This document shows, one piece after another, positions 24,723 to 36,587 of a stretch of 64,000 nt of DNA. The notes below the pieces were generated by a model. The model saw only the letters and a list, made by a program, of their open reading frames with translations. It ran no database searches and was not told the origin of the DNA. The number at the start of each line of letters is the position of its first letter. Position 1 is the stretch's first letter. Origin of the DNA: Zygnema circumcarinatum SAG 698-1b. Lineage: Eukaryota > Plantae > Zygnematophyceae. The translations under genes were made by a program, and so were the position numbers. Location of the stretch: the NCBI GenBank assembly GCA_037447605.1, contig CM074820.1, positions 2,108,001-2,172,000 on the forward strand. The letters are read 5' to 3'.

Positions 24723-27700
24723 CTATGCGAGTGCAAGACGACCTAAATGGTCCATCCGGTCTCTGCAGGTCCCGTTCCGTCGCACCACTGCCACCATAGT
24801 CCCATTTCCTGCAAGCCCTGCAAAGTAGGCAAAGGTGCTCACATAGTCTTCAGCCTCCATCAGAATGTGCGCCCTCGACATCAAGTAGAACTCGGCCATG
24901 GTTGGCAGACCGCTGGTGGACGGATTGGACTTGGATGTGTGCACAACCTTCCCAGCTGAGTAGTACACTTGCCCAAGTTTCTGCAGCTTTGAAGCAAAGA
25001 TGGGCCGCAGGGCTTCATTATCTGTTGCGAGGAAAATAGTCAAGCCTTTTGGCTTCAATTTCCTTCTTCTGGCCAAAGGCAAAAATCTCTTATTCCTCCT
25101 TATGAGTTTCGTAATGCACCGCCACAACGTGTCATCTGTATACCTAGAATCGACACTTTTAATCATTTCCTGCTTGGCGGCCTTGCATTCCATGGATCTG
25201 CACTTATCAACCTCAAGTCGTTGTGTTCGAGTTCTCAGATGGATTGCAATGTCGGGGACAAGATCGAGTCCCACTTGAGCAGCTTTTTGTGGTAGTGGGG
25301 CGACTTCTGCAGGAACATGCTTCGCCATATTTTCCTGAACTGCCTCCGCCAATGCCTTGGTTGGCCCCCCTTCAAGGAGTGAATGCATTGCTCGAGAATA
25401 GATGCACCAAAGCCCACTGCAATTAAATGCAGCTAAGACACACTCTCTCAGTTGGGGATCCTGCTGCCAATATCCATCATACGTGTGTGCAGCGTTCGTC
25501 ACTACTATCCGACTTTTCCATTCCAAAGATTCGTGCATCTCTGCAAAGTCGAAAAAGAACCCCAGCGAATGTCAGAAACCTAGAGCACAACATTGAACTG
25601 TTAAGATCGTCTAACAACAATCAACAACATAACAATCTCATTTTGTTCTCTGCTTCCCTCCGGTCTATCTCCCTCTTTTCCATCCTCACCCTCTCTCCTA
25701 TCTCCCTCTTCTCCATCCTCACCCTCTCTCCTATCTCCCTCTTCTCCATCCTCACCCTCTCTCCTATCTCCCTCTTCTCCATCCTCACCCTCTCTCCTAT
25801 CTCCCTCTTCTCCATCCTCACCCTCTCTCCTATCTCCCTCTTGTCCATCCTCACTCTCTCTCCTATCTCCCTCTTCTCCATCCTCACCCTTTCTCCTATC
25901 TCCCTCTTGTCAATCCTCACCCTCTCTCCTATCTCCCTCTTCTCCATCCTCACCCTCTCTCCTATCTCCCTCTCCTCCATCCTCACCCTCTCTCCTATCT
26001 CCCTCTTCTCCATCCTCACCCTCTCTCCTATCTCCCTCTTCTCCATCCTCACCCTCTCTCCTTCCCCCTCTTCTTTATGAATCACTTCTCCCAAAGGTGG
26101 GCCATGGACTACATACGTGCTGAAGTCTGTCGAGTGTGGAACCGAACCGGCTTCAATCTGTTGAGGGCAATCTGGGCCACTCCCGGCGTCCCATAGTGCT
26201 CCCAATGAATGACATCGAACCCACAATGGAATGCTTCACATAATGAGTCGAACACAATGGCGTGTGAAGAGCCGTGAAAGCGAACCAGCCTCCGACCCGT
26301 CAAGAGTGCGTAAACATATGCTGAGACATAACCTCGGAGAGTGTTGCCGAGACCGAAACGTGGCATAACGATAAGAGAACGAAGTCCAGGTCGAGTCAAA
26401 TCCGCTACGCGACGAATGGGGTATCTGGAAAATGTGCCAAAAAGAAGCGACTGGATTACATAGTGGTCATGTTGATGAGTTGGGGTTTCGACCCTCGGAC
26501 CACATTCTGAAGAAAGTGATTCAACGACGCATAACGACCGTTGCCAAATGGCAGCTCTGGGCGACAGTGGTTAATTTTGGTAGGAGGATACTAATTAATT
26601 ACTAATTACTAATTACTAATACTAATGCTAATAGGATACTAATTATGTTGTTTCACTTTGAAATGTAATCCAATCGGACAAGACTTAACCCACAAAAAAA
26701 AACCACCCCAAAAGCACCCAACATCATCTCCATTTTTTTCCAAATTGCAAATCCAACGGCGAAAATTGTACCCACTTCCTAGTCCTCATGTACATTCAAT
26801 TAAATTATGTTCATTTAAATGCATGTCCACACCCATGAATGACCTCCCACCCTAGGAACCATCTTGCTGCAGGAAAGGCCACTCACGAGTCGTTTTGTTC
26901 AAGCAGTTGCGTATCCAGTATTCCCTTACATTTCGGCTCGTTTGCAATGCTGATGATCTGTTCTCGAGTATATGGTGATTTCCACTTGTTCACATGCTTT
27001 ACTTGCTCTGAACCCCAGTTCTCGTCAAATAATGGACCATCTGCCAGTTTCTTTGCTCCAAGATCCCGCCAAAATTGCCTCCGCTTCATGAGCTCTTTTC
27101 TGCGGAGATGATGCTTTTTCAAATTTTCTGCCCTTCTTGCTTTCTCCTCCTTCGTCAAGCCAGGTTTTTTCTTTTTCTTCTCCTTCTTGTATCTCATTGT
27201 ATTGCCGCTCTTCTTCTCTCCAATGTTCTGAACTAAGCTTGCCATTTTTGTCTCGCTTTGGCTAGGTTCCTCGACTTCAGGATTGTTCTCATTTTCCTGT
27301 TTTCCCTCTCCTTCTCCCTTCACCTTAATCTCACTTTCTTTCTCCACGTCAGCCTCACCCTTCGCCTTATCTTCCATTCTCTCAACCTGACTCCCATTCG
27401 TGTTCTTTTCCTCTCCCTCATCTTGAACGACGCTCCCAAAACTTCTCTCCTTTCGGTTCGATTCCTCAACTTCTGACTTATTCTCACTCTCCTTCTCTCC
27501 TGCTCCCTCGAGCCCGCTCGTATCCTCACTCTCTTGCGCGTCCTCAACCCTATGAATTTCATTTTCCGCAGAGTCATTTTTCTGAAGCTCCACTTCACTC
27601 CTTTCAATCACGGAGCTCTCCATGCTTCCTCTCTCCTCTGTTTCACCACCGGTCGTAGACATCGCCTCTGCTCCCAGTGAAACATTTTCGGCAATAAATC

Positions 27701-28328
27701 CATCTCCTTGCCAAACCACTTCATCTTCCTCGTCCCACGCCAATCGCCCTTCTTTCCCCTCCCCCTCCAGCTCCTCCACCGCCACCATATCCGTCTGTCT
27801 ATTCTCGTCCTCCCGAGCACCGCTTCCTTCTCCTCTATTTCCATCCACTGTCATCCCATTCTCTCCACCTTCAGTCCCTCCTATGTCCCTCAACTTCCCT
27901 CCCTCCTCACCGCCCGGTTCTCCTCCTCCCTCCCCTTCACTTCCAGGTCCGCCCTGAGCTTTCATATGCCCCTGCTCCTTCACTGATCCGTTCCCCTGAT
28001 TCAGCAACAGGTATGGCCGCCTGAACCACTTCAACATGCTCTTTCCCCCCTCCTCCTCTCCCACCCTAAGACCCACCCTATTTCTCGCCTCTCCCACATG
28101 CTCTATTCTCGCAGCCTCATCGCTTGCAGAGTGCAAACCATGACTCAAATTTCTTACTACCTCCTGCACGACCTTCCCTCCTCCCGTGGGGGAGCGATGG
28201 TTACGCCAGAAGAAGTGCAGGAAGTTGAGAAATATTAAAGCGGCTATGAGGAAGATGAGAAGAAACCGTCGCACCCTCCACCTCCTGTCTCCTCCCGCAG
28301 AAACGGTTCTCTCCGCCTTCCCCCCCAT
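24723..28328 (-). CDS. Type II membrane fucosyltransferase-fold glycosyltransferase (GT11/GT23/GT37-like) with long acidic stem
   Basis: TM FLLIFLIAALIFLNFLHFFW, then a ~400-aa E/G-rich stem; motifs PRFGLGNTLRGYVSAYVYALLTGRRL, DIAIHLR, IFLATDN, and AEFYLMSRAHILM...YVSTFAYFAG. Confidence 0.75.
25665..26060. repeat. 33-bp minisatellite, ~12 copies, intronic
   Basis: Unit CTCTCTCCTATCTCCCTCTTCTCCATCCTCACC; appears as ILTLSPISLFS repeats in the spurious ORF 25427..26080. Confidence 0.95.
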
Positions 28329-28592
28329 CTCCTTCCGAGGAGACGTGCTTAGATCCCGTAGCAGGACGCATTTGGTTAATGATCCCCGGCCTTAATGCAA
28401 GCTCTACAGTAGTAATGGCAGTACAACGATCTCTGGCTTAACCCCAATCCTGCCCTAACCCTCATCCTGCCCTCACCCTAATCCCCGCCCCAGCCTCTTC
28501 CTGCAAACGCAGACTGCTTTCTAGCTAACAAGCTGCAGCTCTCTCAACTCTTGGCGGAAGGGCTCTGGAGCCCTTCCGCCAATCACAGTCCA

Positions 28593-28920
28593 CCACGTGT
28601 CAGAATATTCCTACGTGGCAAGCCGTGATTAGTGCCGTGCGTTGACTTCGTAGACCCCCCGGCATTCAAGGAACTTTATTAAGGACAGCCAATCAGGGAT
28701 TGCCACGTGACTAGTATCTGACGTGGCACGCTGCCATTGGTCCCCCGCTAATAAAAGTAATTTCGCCTACGCTGGTCGTCTGACGGTACGATACGATATA
28801 TTCTGTGGAAGATACGATACAGTACGGCCCTTGTGTGTCTAGGTGACATGCCGGCCGACGTGGATGGGTGGCGGCGTGTTGAGCCCCAGTACATGCCACG
28901 TGGCATATTGTTACACGTGG
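28593..28920. promoter_or_regulatory. G-box/ACGT cluster with CCAAT boxes upstream of the second fucosyltransferase-like gene
   Basis: Seven ACGT-core motifs: CCACGTGT, CTACGTGGC, GCCACGTGA, TGACGTGGC, GACGTGG, ATGCCACGTGGCAT and TACACGTGG. GCCAATCA occurs twice (~28578, ~28688). Confidence 0.55.
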
Positions 28921-29361
28921 TCGTATGGATTTGTAACACGTTTGGACTGTGGCGCTGCTCATGCAATCTGCTGCAAGTTTGTGAAAGCAGCAGGGAGGGA
29001 AGTGAGTTGGGACAGGGCTGTCTCGCGGAGGACTGGGGAGATCGCCATCGCGAGATCAATGGCAATTCAGAATAATTCAACCAAATCAAGCAAAAAAGAA
29101 CTGGACAATTCAAAGCATCAACGCATGCTGTGCTAAGGGGACATATCTTGTCACATCGCCGACAGATGGCCATGTCACAAAATCATGCTCGGTAGGACAT
29201 GCATGCAGACAAGTGCAGTGAAAGAGCCACTGCCTCTTGGAGCAGAAGAGGCTGCCTTCGTAAACAGTCGCTCAACAAGCCATGCCTACAGAGTACTGTA
29301 AACGGCATTCTCTTTCTTCTTTTTTCTATACATTCGCCATTCATACAGTTGGACAGGTTCA

Positions 29362-30628
29362 CTACTTGACCTCCTGAATCTCTGCATTTGGAAGCTCTTG
29401 TGTCAGGACTGGTCCTCCTGGGGTTCCCTCCATAAGGGCTACGTTCTGGCTGCTCGGAGGGGGGTTCGGGTGATGCAGGTCTTCAATGACAGTCTCCATG
29501 AAGCGGCTCAACTGCTCCATCCTCGCAACACTCAGTGCGGGATCCAAGGTTCCAAGACCGGCTTGGCCCATGGCGGGGGGCGGGCCTCTCGCCTCATCAT
29601 AAAGGATCTGTGACATCACACGATGTCTTGCATTGTCCTGAATTTGCACACCGCGGGGCTGTCTCAAAATTCTGCATCGTTCAGATTCACGTTCATGTTC
29701 ATGCAGTGCAAGACGAACAAATGCATTCAAAATCTGTACAGAGCGTTTTCCGTACCGCGTGCTCTTGAGCATGGTCGCATGCCGCATGGAAAAGTTGGAG
29801 TTGGTTCTGAAACGATTCCAAAGCGGCCATGCGAGCGGCCTTCTTTGCAGAGCCGCCACTGCTTACGTTGAATACCCCCAACAGAGTCAAGTGATAGAAA
29901 ATAGCAAGGCTTTACAAATGGCCATATGCAGTTCAATACAGTAATGCCATAACCAGCTGAAATGCGAGCCATATTTCTGAAACATATTGCATAGACGAGA
30001 AGAAAAAATTCCCTGCGAGAATAACAAATATATCTGACACGAGTTTCTTAAACCAGGGAGCTTGCCTGGGCTCTGTATCCTCTCCAGCCTGCAGAACGAT
30101 GTTGATTGCACCAAGGAGACCCTGAATTGAGCAAAAGTAAGGGTGAAGGTCAATGTGATGAGGTTCACTTTAACCTGAACACCTGAAAAAATTACAAAAC
30201 AATAAAATTGCAAAGGCACGCGTAGCCCTGTTGCTTATACTAGGTATCAAACTCGATAGGTATCTGAAAACGCTAAGGCTTCCTTGATGATAAACTTCTT
30301 TTCGAATGGGTGCCTGCTTGTGCGGTGTAAGGGCGGTTATAGATTCACAATAACCATAGCTCGTACATGCATCCAGTGTTTATGGCATCTAATGAGTTTA
30401 AAACCCTAGAGGATTAAATAATTCTGCATTTTGCATGTATGTGGAGCCATGACGAAGGGGTCATCATGCAGACGCCATAACTGTGACCTCTTCATTGAAA
30501 GAGCGAAATATCCATCACACAGCATCCTAACCTAAATCATTGACCATAAATATCCAATTGGTAACATCATCGGAGAGTTAAAGCCTCACCTCCAATGCCG
30601 AGCTGATGGCATCGATGCGGCTGTCCAT
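29362..30628 (-). CDS. MED32: Mediator complex subunit MED32 (MED2/29/32 family), 4 exons
   Basis: MDSRIDAISSALE | GLLGAINIVLQAGEDTEP | SGGSAKKAARMAALESFQNQLQLFHAACDHAQEHA | DNARHRVMSQILYDEARG...ALSVARMEQLSRFM. This parallels plant MED32 ALENFK..WELFRVACDQAEEFVESVKQRIGSECLVDEATG...ISAVRLEQMSRAV (recalled from memory). Confidence 0.8.
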
Positions 30629-31000
30629 ATCCACCTATCGCCTGTTAGGGCGCCACGAGGCGCAGCACTGAGTCATGGCGGTCAAACCGCCATGAACCCT
30701 GTATGCGCTATGCGGAACCTCTGCCTCCGCTCGTCCTCCCCCTTCTTTCTTTTCCCCTACAGTTTCGCCCAGTCCCTCTCCGCTCAACCCTCCGGCCTCC
30801 CCCGCACACCGCTTCCATGGCGGCGAGAGGCGCGGCCGGCCCATATCGAGGAGGCTGGGTCGCCATGGAAGGCAATTTTAACCAGCCAAGCGAAAGCCAA
30901 TAACGAGTTGCCACGTATGTATGGTGTTACACGTGACATGCTGTGATTGGTCCAAAGAGTGCGTTTGTAAAAATGGAGGCTGGCAAGGAGAAAAGTGACT

Positions 31001-31210
31001 TTGCCCCATGGCCCCATGCCCAAGTGCCCATGTGACATGGCTTTCATGGGCCACATGGGCCACATGTGGGCCATGAGGGCCATGGGCCCATGGGGCCATG
31101 GAGCCATGGGGCCCTGTGCCCAAGTGCCCATGTGACATGGGCCATGTCACATGGCCCTCATGGGCCCATGGCCCCGTGGCCACATGGGCAATGCAATTTG
31201 GGGGGGGGGG
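31001..31210. repeat. CATG-rich (GGCCCATG) array between divergent MED32 and carboxypeptidase genes
   Basis: Dense CCATGG/CACATG motifs. A 23-bp repeat GCCCAAGTGCCCATGTGACATGG sits at 31018-31040 and 31118-31140. Ends in a poly-G run. Confidence 0.9.
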
Positions 31211-31593
31211 AAGAAAGGGCCGTCGACCCACGTGTACTGTACCATGCGTGCGATGGACGCATCGGGGCCGCACATTTGAAGCGGTTTATTCTGGGCCCTT
31301 CGATGTCACGCTTTTCAACGGTTAAGTAGTCACTTGGCAGCGGCAGTTGACCATGAGCGCTGCAGCAGCGATCCATAAAGCGACCAGAATATCTGAATCC
31401 CCTCACCCGTCCTCGTTCCTTGGGCCGTGTGTGCGCATTGTGACGATCAGCTTTCACCGTTTCTTATCCCGTGGATGGCATGAAAGCGCCGAGTTACAGG
31501 ATGTTGATGCTTTGCAAGGAGGATGCAGATGGCTTTGTCACAGAATCGCACTCTTGTTTGAGTGACGGGCAGAATTGCTAAGTTTCAGTGAAA

Positions 31594-34500
31594 ATGCAGA
31601 GCGCAAACTTTCCTCAATTTGCGTTGCTGGTCATTTTGTTCACTTTTGCCGCCAGTAATGAAGGATCAACAATTGGAAGGCATTTGTTGAGCCCGAAGGT
31701 GAATCAACCAGCCCTGAAATATGCTTCGGAGTTTCATTCACAGCTCTCTCTCGTACCATGGCAAATTATGCTTGTAGAGTAGTTGCCTATGAATAAGATT
31801 GACGAGCATTGATCCCAAGATGGTGACACCATCAAATGTACCGAGAATAAGGCCATCCTGAAGAACCAGTCGCTAGTGATCTAGTCATTTTTTGGATACA
31901 TTCAGAGAGGCCAACTCTGCATTGACTGAGAACCTTACCTGTCAAGGCGAAAGAGCTCGAATTACAGGTGGTTGACTTAGCAGAACAGAGCGATTGCACT
32001 TCATCTTAAATAAAAGTTAAACATAAACGGTGTGAAGCAGAAAACCACAGATGCCCTCGTTCTCTCGAATTCTTAGTCATGACAATTATGATCTCTTCCA
32101 ACGTCGCGCAAGTGATGCAGACTTGCATGACTTTCTCTATACTTTCTTTATACCATTTATTGTAAGTAGTGATGATGAAAGCCGTTGTGGGCCTTGGCTC
32201 ATGATGTTGTTTACAATGAAACGCCCCTGCTTATGCAATGTGCAAGGAGAATGTTTCGACTGCACATTTCTTTTTGCGCCGCAGCAACAGATTCACAAGA
32301 ACTAGTAAATTTCACAAAGATCAGTTAGTTCACAAGTATCAATAAAGCTATGCAAAGCCAACAGTAACTACTATCCGTTCCTGCACAGAAGGTAGTGGCA
32401 TCACTTTTCAACAGCAAGCTACTGAGAGCATGCTTCATAATCTTTTATGTCTACAGTGTCATCAGCTCAGGTCAAACAAATCTACATGTATTCTAAAGTT
32501 CTTTTTGTAAAAAGATGTTCTAAGTTAAAACTATAGGTAAGAGCTCTTTTTTTATGAGAATGCACCCAACAAGCAACTAGATGGTTAATTTTTTTGAGTG
32601 GATGCAGGACCGGTTATGGCCAGCCAGGAAGCAAGAGTTTGCGAAGCCAGACTTTTCACTTTACCACGCTAGGTAAGAAATGTTATGTCTTTTAGTTTAT
32701 ACTTCTAAATTTCAGGTTAACATTCTTGTTCTGTAGGGACAACCGAGGAATCCAGATCTTTATACTCAGATAAAGTGCTCTAATTGTTGTTGACACGTTC
32801 AGTCAATAGTGATAAAGTTTCCTCGCAATTATGCTGACATGTGAAGTAGATAGTGTATGAATTCATTAAAACCGCTCAACCATTTCCGTTGGTATGCATC
32901 ATGATAGCAGTGACTTCATGAACAGCAATGGTATGTGCTTTAAGGGATTTACTCATTTTGAGTATGCTGTGTTTCTCAGCGATGTGCTTCTTCAACAAAT
33001 CAAGGAGCTGGCATCGCGCCATCCTGACAAGCTCTTGGTGAGGCGTCTGGACATGGACAGGTCAAGCTAGTGATACCTTCAGGAATCTCCATTGGTCGAA
33101 GGTAGGGCTGGGTTGAGATGAAAACTGGCAGCATTGTTCAAAAGACATATGCCAAGACTGCAAGCAAGGGTCACTTCAACTTCTCGTTGATTGTTGGCGC
33201 ATTATGGCTTTGTAAATCTAGTCTTTTTTTTTGACTCCTTTAATGCTCCCTGAGGTACCCCGTTGGAACCCTACGCTTCTTGTAGGTTGTACAGCTGGAC
33301 GCATAGGACTGTCATCGTCGGATCAGTTTAGTTAAGGCAGCTGCATATTGTGTCATTTATGAATAGCAACAACTTGACATCCTTCAAAGATGAAAATCTG
33401 GAATGGAATAAGAACATGCTCTCAGTTTTGTGGCATGTGTTGGAAACTTGCCAGTTGGAGGTTCAAGAGCTTGAGCTGGAAGGCTATGCAGCAGAATTGC
33501 ACTCTGTGACCTTCGCAATTGAAAGATTCCCGGACGCTGGGAAAAAAGACCTGAGGATCAGAGCTCTTCTGGTGAGACCCTTTTTATACTTTTTTCTGCG
33601 TTACGCGTTCGTTGTGTCTACGAAGGTTTCAATTAGGTTGAAACCTAGGGTAAACTAGGTTCCAACGCTCAGATATTAGTCAGTTTTTGGTTTCAGTAAG
33701 AAAAGAATGTGGACAATGGACTTATCCTCCAGGAAGGCTCCATTTTTGGGGTGTGATGTTTCTTAGGACTTCGGACAGCATGGACGGGAGCCTATCACTT
33801 CAGAGGTGGCTCTGCGACTGTTGCTCATGTTGGTTGGCGAATGGCCAGTGAGCAAGGAGGAGGAGGCAGCTCTGAAGGAGTTCCTTCCGCACTTGGTGTT
33901 GAAGGTATGTTACTTATCATCATGCAAAGTGATGATGCTTTGTTCGGAGGTTGTGACCAGCTTGTGCTTTCTTCGCGAAACAAGCATTGTCTTACACTTG
34001 ACTGACTTGACCTGATTATTCCCATGAATACCTTAGAAGAATCTGAGTTCATCAGGTAAGATAGCCAGCTGCAAGGAGATCATAAGTTTGATTAAAGCCT
34101 TGGCTGCTGCTGCTCAGGTAGTTCCTATGGAAAACATTAACGGCCGCAAGAAGGTAGAGGGAGGAGCTCTATGTGAACGTAAAAATGGTGAGTTTTTAGA
34201 TGGTGAATGGTTGATTTCTGGTCTAACACACACAGTATTGCGGTTGCATTTTCACCTTCTATGCAGTTCCAAGCTAGACGCGTCACAGATGACATGAAAC
34301 AGTGATTGCAAACTTGAACGAAATATTAGGTCTTGGTCGTTTATCCATCGTGAGTTCTGTGAAGGTCTGATTTGAAGGGATTGTATTGTTTCAAGTTTGT
34401 ATCTAGGAACGAGGAATGTTTGTGAAGGTTACCAGCAAGCTAAGTTGAGCCTTTGAAGTTTGAGCAAGAGTTAAACACCGGAAATCGTCGCAAACATGAA

Positions 34501-36587
34501 ACTTGAAGGGGCCGCCGTAAAATGCATTTTCGAGCTCGTCGTAATGCTGCTTCTTGTGGCAGGGCGGGGAGTGGACACAAATCGGAACTGGGCTGTGGAT
34601 TGGGGAAAGAAAGAGAAGGTTCGGCATGATTCTTATCGTCTTGGTGTCTTTATCTATGATTGAACGAAGCACTCATGACGTTTTTGCCTCTTTCCTAATG
34701 CAATTTTGTTTCTTGTGGCTAGATCAACCTCTTCAGTTTATATTCTTTATTGGCGAGCTTGAAAGCTATGTAGGGGGTGCTTGCAGGATTACCTTCCTGA
34801 GGAGGAATGTCCTGGAACAGGCCCTTTCAGCGAGCCCGAAGCGGAGCTATTGCGAAGGCTTGCTTCGACCTTTCAACCTCACCTCTGGGTGAATGTGCAT
34901 TCAGGCATGGAGGTGGGTTTTTCTGAGTGCATTGGCAACTAATGCAAACTCACGGTATCCCTCGGACTTGCATGTAGATGAAACGAGCGGTCCAATATCT
35001 TGACTCAACAATCTTCAACAATTCCAAAATGGTGGCAGACACTCTTTTGCACTTGCCTTCTTTGCAAGCTCACCTTTTTGGAGCTAGTAGTTGAGGAATG
35101 GTTCAGATTTTGGTGACTCACACATTATTGGGGTTGCTTGCAGGCCCTCTTCATTCCCTACGATCATCGGAAGGGAGTGCCCGAGGATGGTAGTGCAGTT
35201 GGTCTGCAATCGATGCTGCATGGACTGAACGAGCAGCACTTAAACAGCACATGTGTGATTGGTTCTGGAGGAAGTGCAGTTGGGTAAGTCATCTAAAGAT
35301 TTCTGAAACGGAGCCATAAAGGCTGAAAGGGTCGACAGACGGAGATAACTATCTCTTGCTGTGCAGTTGAGACGAGAGTCAGAATTCTCTACGTATTGGA
35401 GAGTTAAGAGTTCCTCGCTTATCATTTTCGCTCTTCCCTATCTACTCTTGGAGGATACTAAAGGGGTTTGTGCTCTCACTGTGACAGCTATCTCGCCCAT
35501 GGGACAGCCACAGACTGGATGTATGATGAGCTTCATGTGCCAATTGCCTGTACTTTTGAGGTGAGGGGAAGGGTTCATTGGGAGTGAACGATTGTTGGCC
35601 AACATCCTGATGCTTTTGGGCACTGCTGGACCACTGCCGCTTGTTGGTATTGATAGATATGTCCTGATGGCTCCTTTGTGGTGATTCGGCATTAAACAGA
35701 TTTATGGTGATAATCATGCACATCATGATGACTGCTTCCGAATGTTCAATCCCACTACAGCCGAACTCTTTGAGGTGCGTTTTTGAAAACCAAGCCTGGA
35801 GAGAAAAGAGTACAATGCATTTTTAAGGGTTTCTGGTTCCTCCTTGCTGCAATATTTCTCTAATTGATTAGAAGCTGGAAGGTGTTGGAATGGATATTGC
35901 GGAACTTGCCATGGTGGGATTGGTTTCTTTTGGTTTCAGAACATGACATTCTCGGCAAGAGTTGTTGTCTAGCAGCTATTCCTTCTTTCACACTCCCTTT
36001 TTTTTGCACGGCACTTGGGCTTGAAGTCCATCTCCTGTTCCTCAGCACGTGGCTCCCACCCATTCTCCAAATATAGCAGTGTTTGATTCTTTGTACAGAG
36101 CCTATGCTTGCCGTTACAACCCAGTAAGTTGTCATCTATCCCTATGCCCACCTTTCTGGTCCGCACCATGCAGACGGTGGTATCCAAGTGGTCTACAGCT
36201 TTCCTGGCCCTGCTGCTGCGCCTCCCTGACACCCTTAAGCAGATTTCCTTCCGTCTCCTCCCCCAGCACGCTTGGTCCCTTGCGCCCTCCCGTTCAAGAC
36301 TTTCACTCTATAGGCAGCGCAAGAGCTTCAGTTCCTTCCTTACGTGGGGAAGGCGACGTGACCAAAGCAGCCCATTTTTGGAAAATTCGCATCTTCGTAG
36401 GAGGAAAGGAGTGGCGCAAGGGAGGGAGGAATTGGTTCGAGGAAAGCAGGGAGGGTTTCCTTATGTGATGCTGCTCAGCATGTGTGCAGCTCTGTTGCTG
36501 CTGCTCAGAGTGGTGAGAAGTCACTGGTACTGGTGTTGGTGGAGATGTCAAATGGCCTTTTCCGGTAAAAAAGAGTCCCATGTTTGA
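31594..36587 (+). CDS. M14 zinc carboxypeptidase (plant carboxypeptidase A6-like), signal peptide and C-terminal hydrophobic segment, multi-exon
   Basis: MQSANFPQFALLVILFTFAAS; LL|DFGQHGREPITSE (HxxE); VVPMENINGRKKVEGGALCERKN|GRGVDTNRNWAVDW; PGTGPFSEPE; WVNVHSGME|ALFIPYDH; YLAHGTATDWMYDEL..CTFE|IYGD...DCFRMFNP. Confidence 0.9.
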
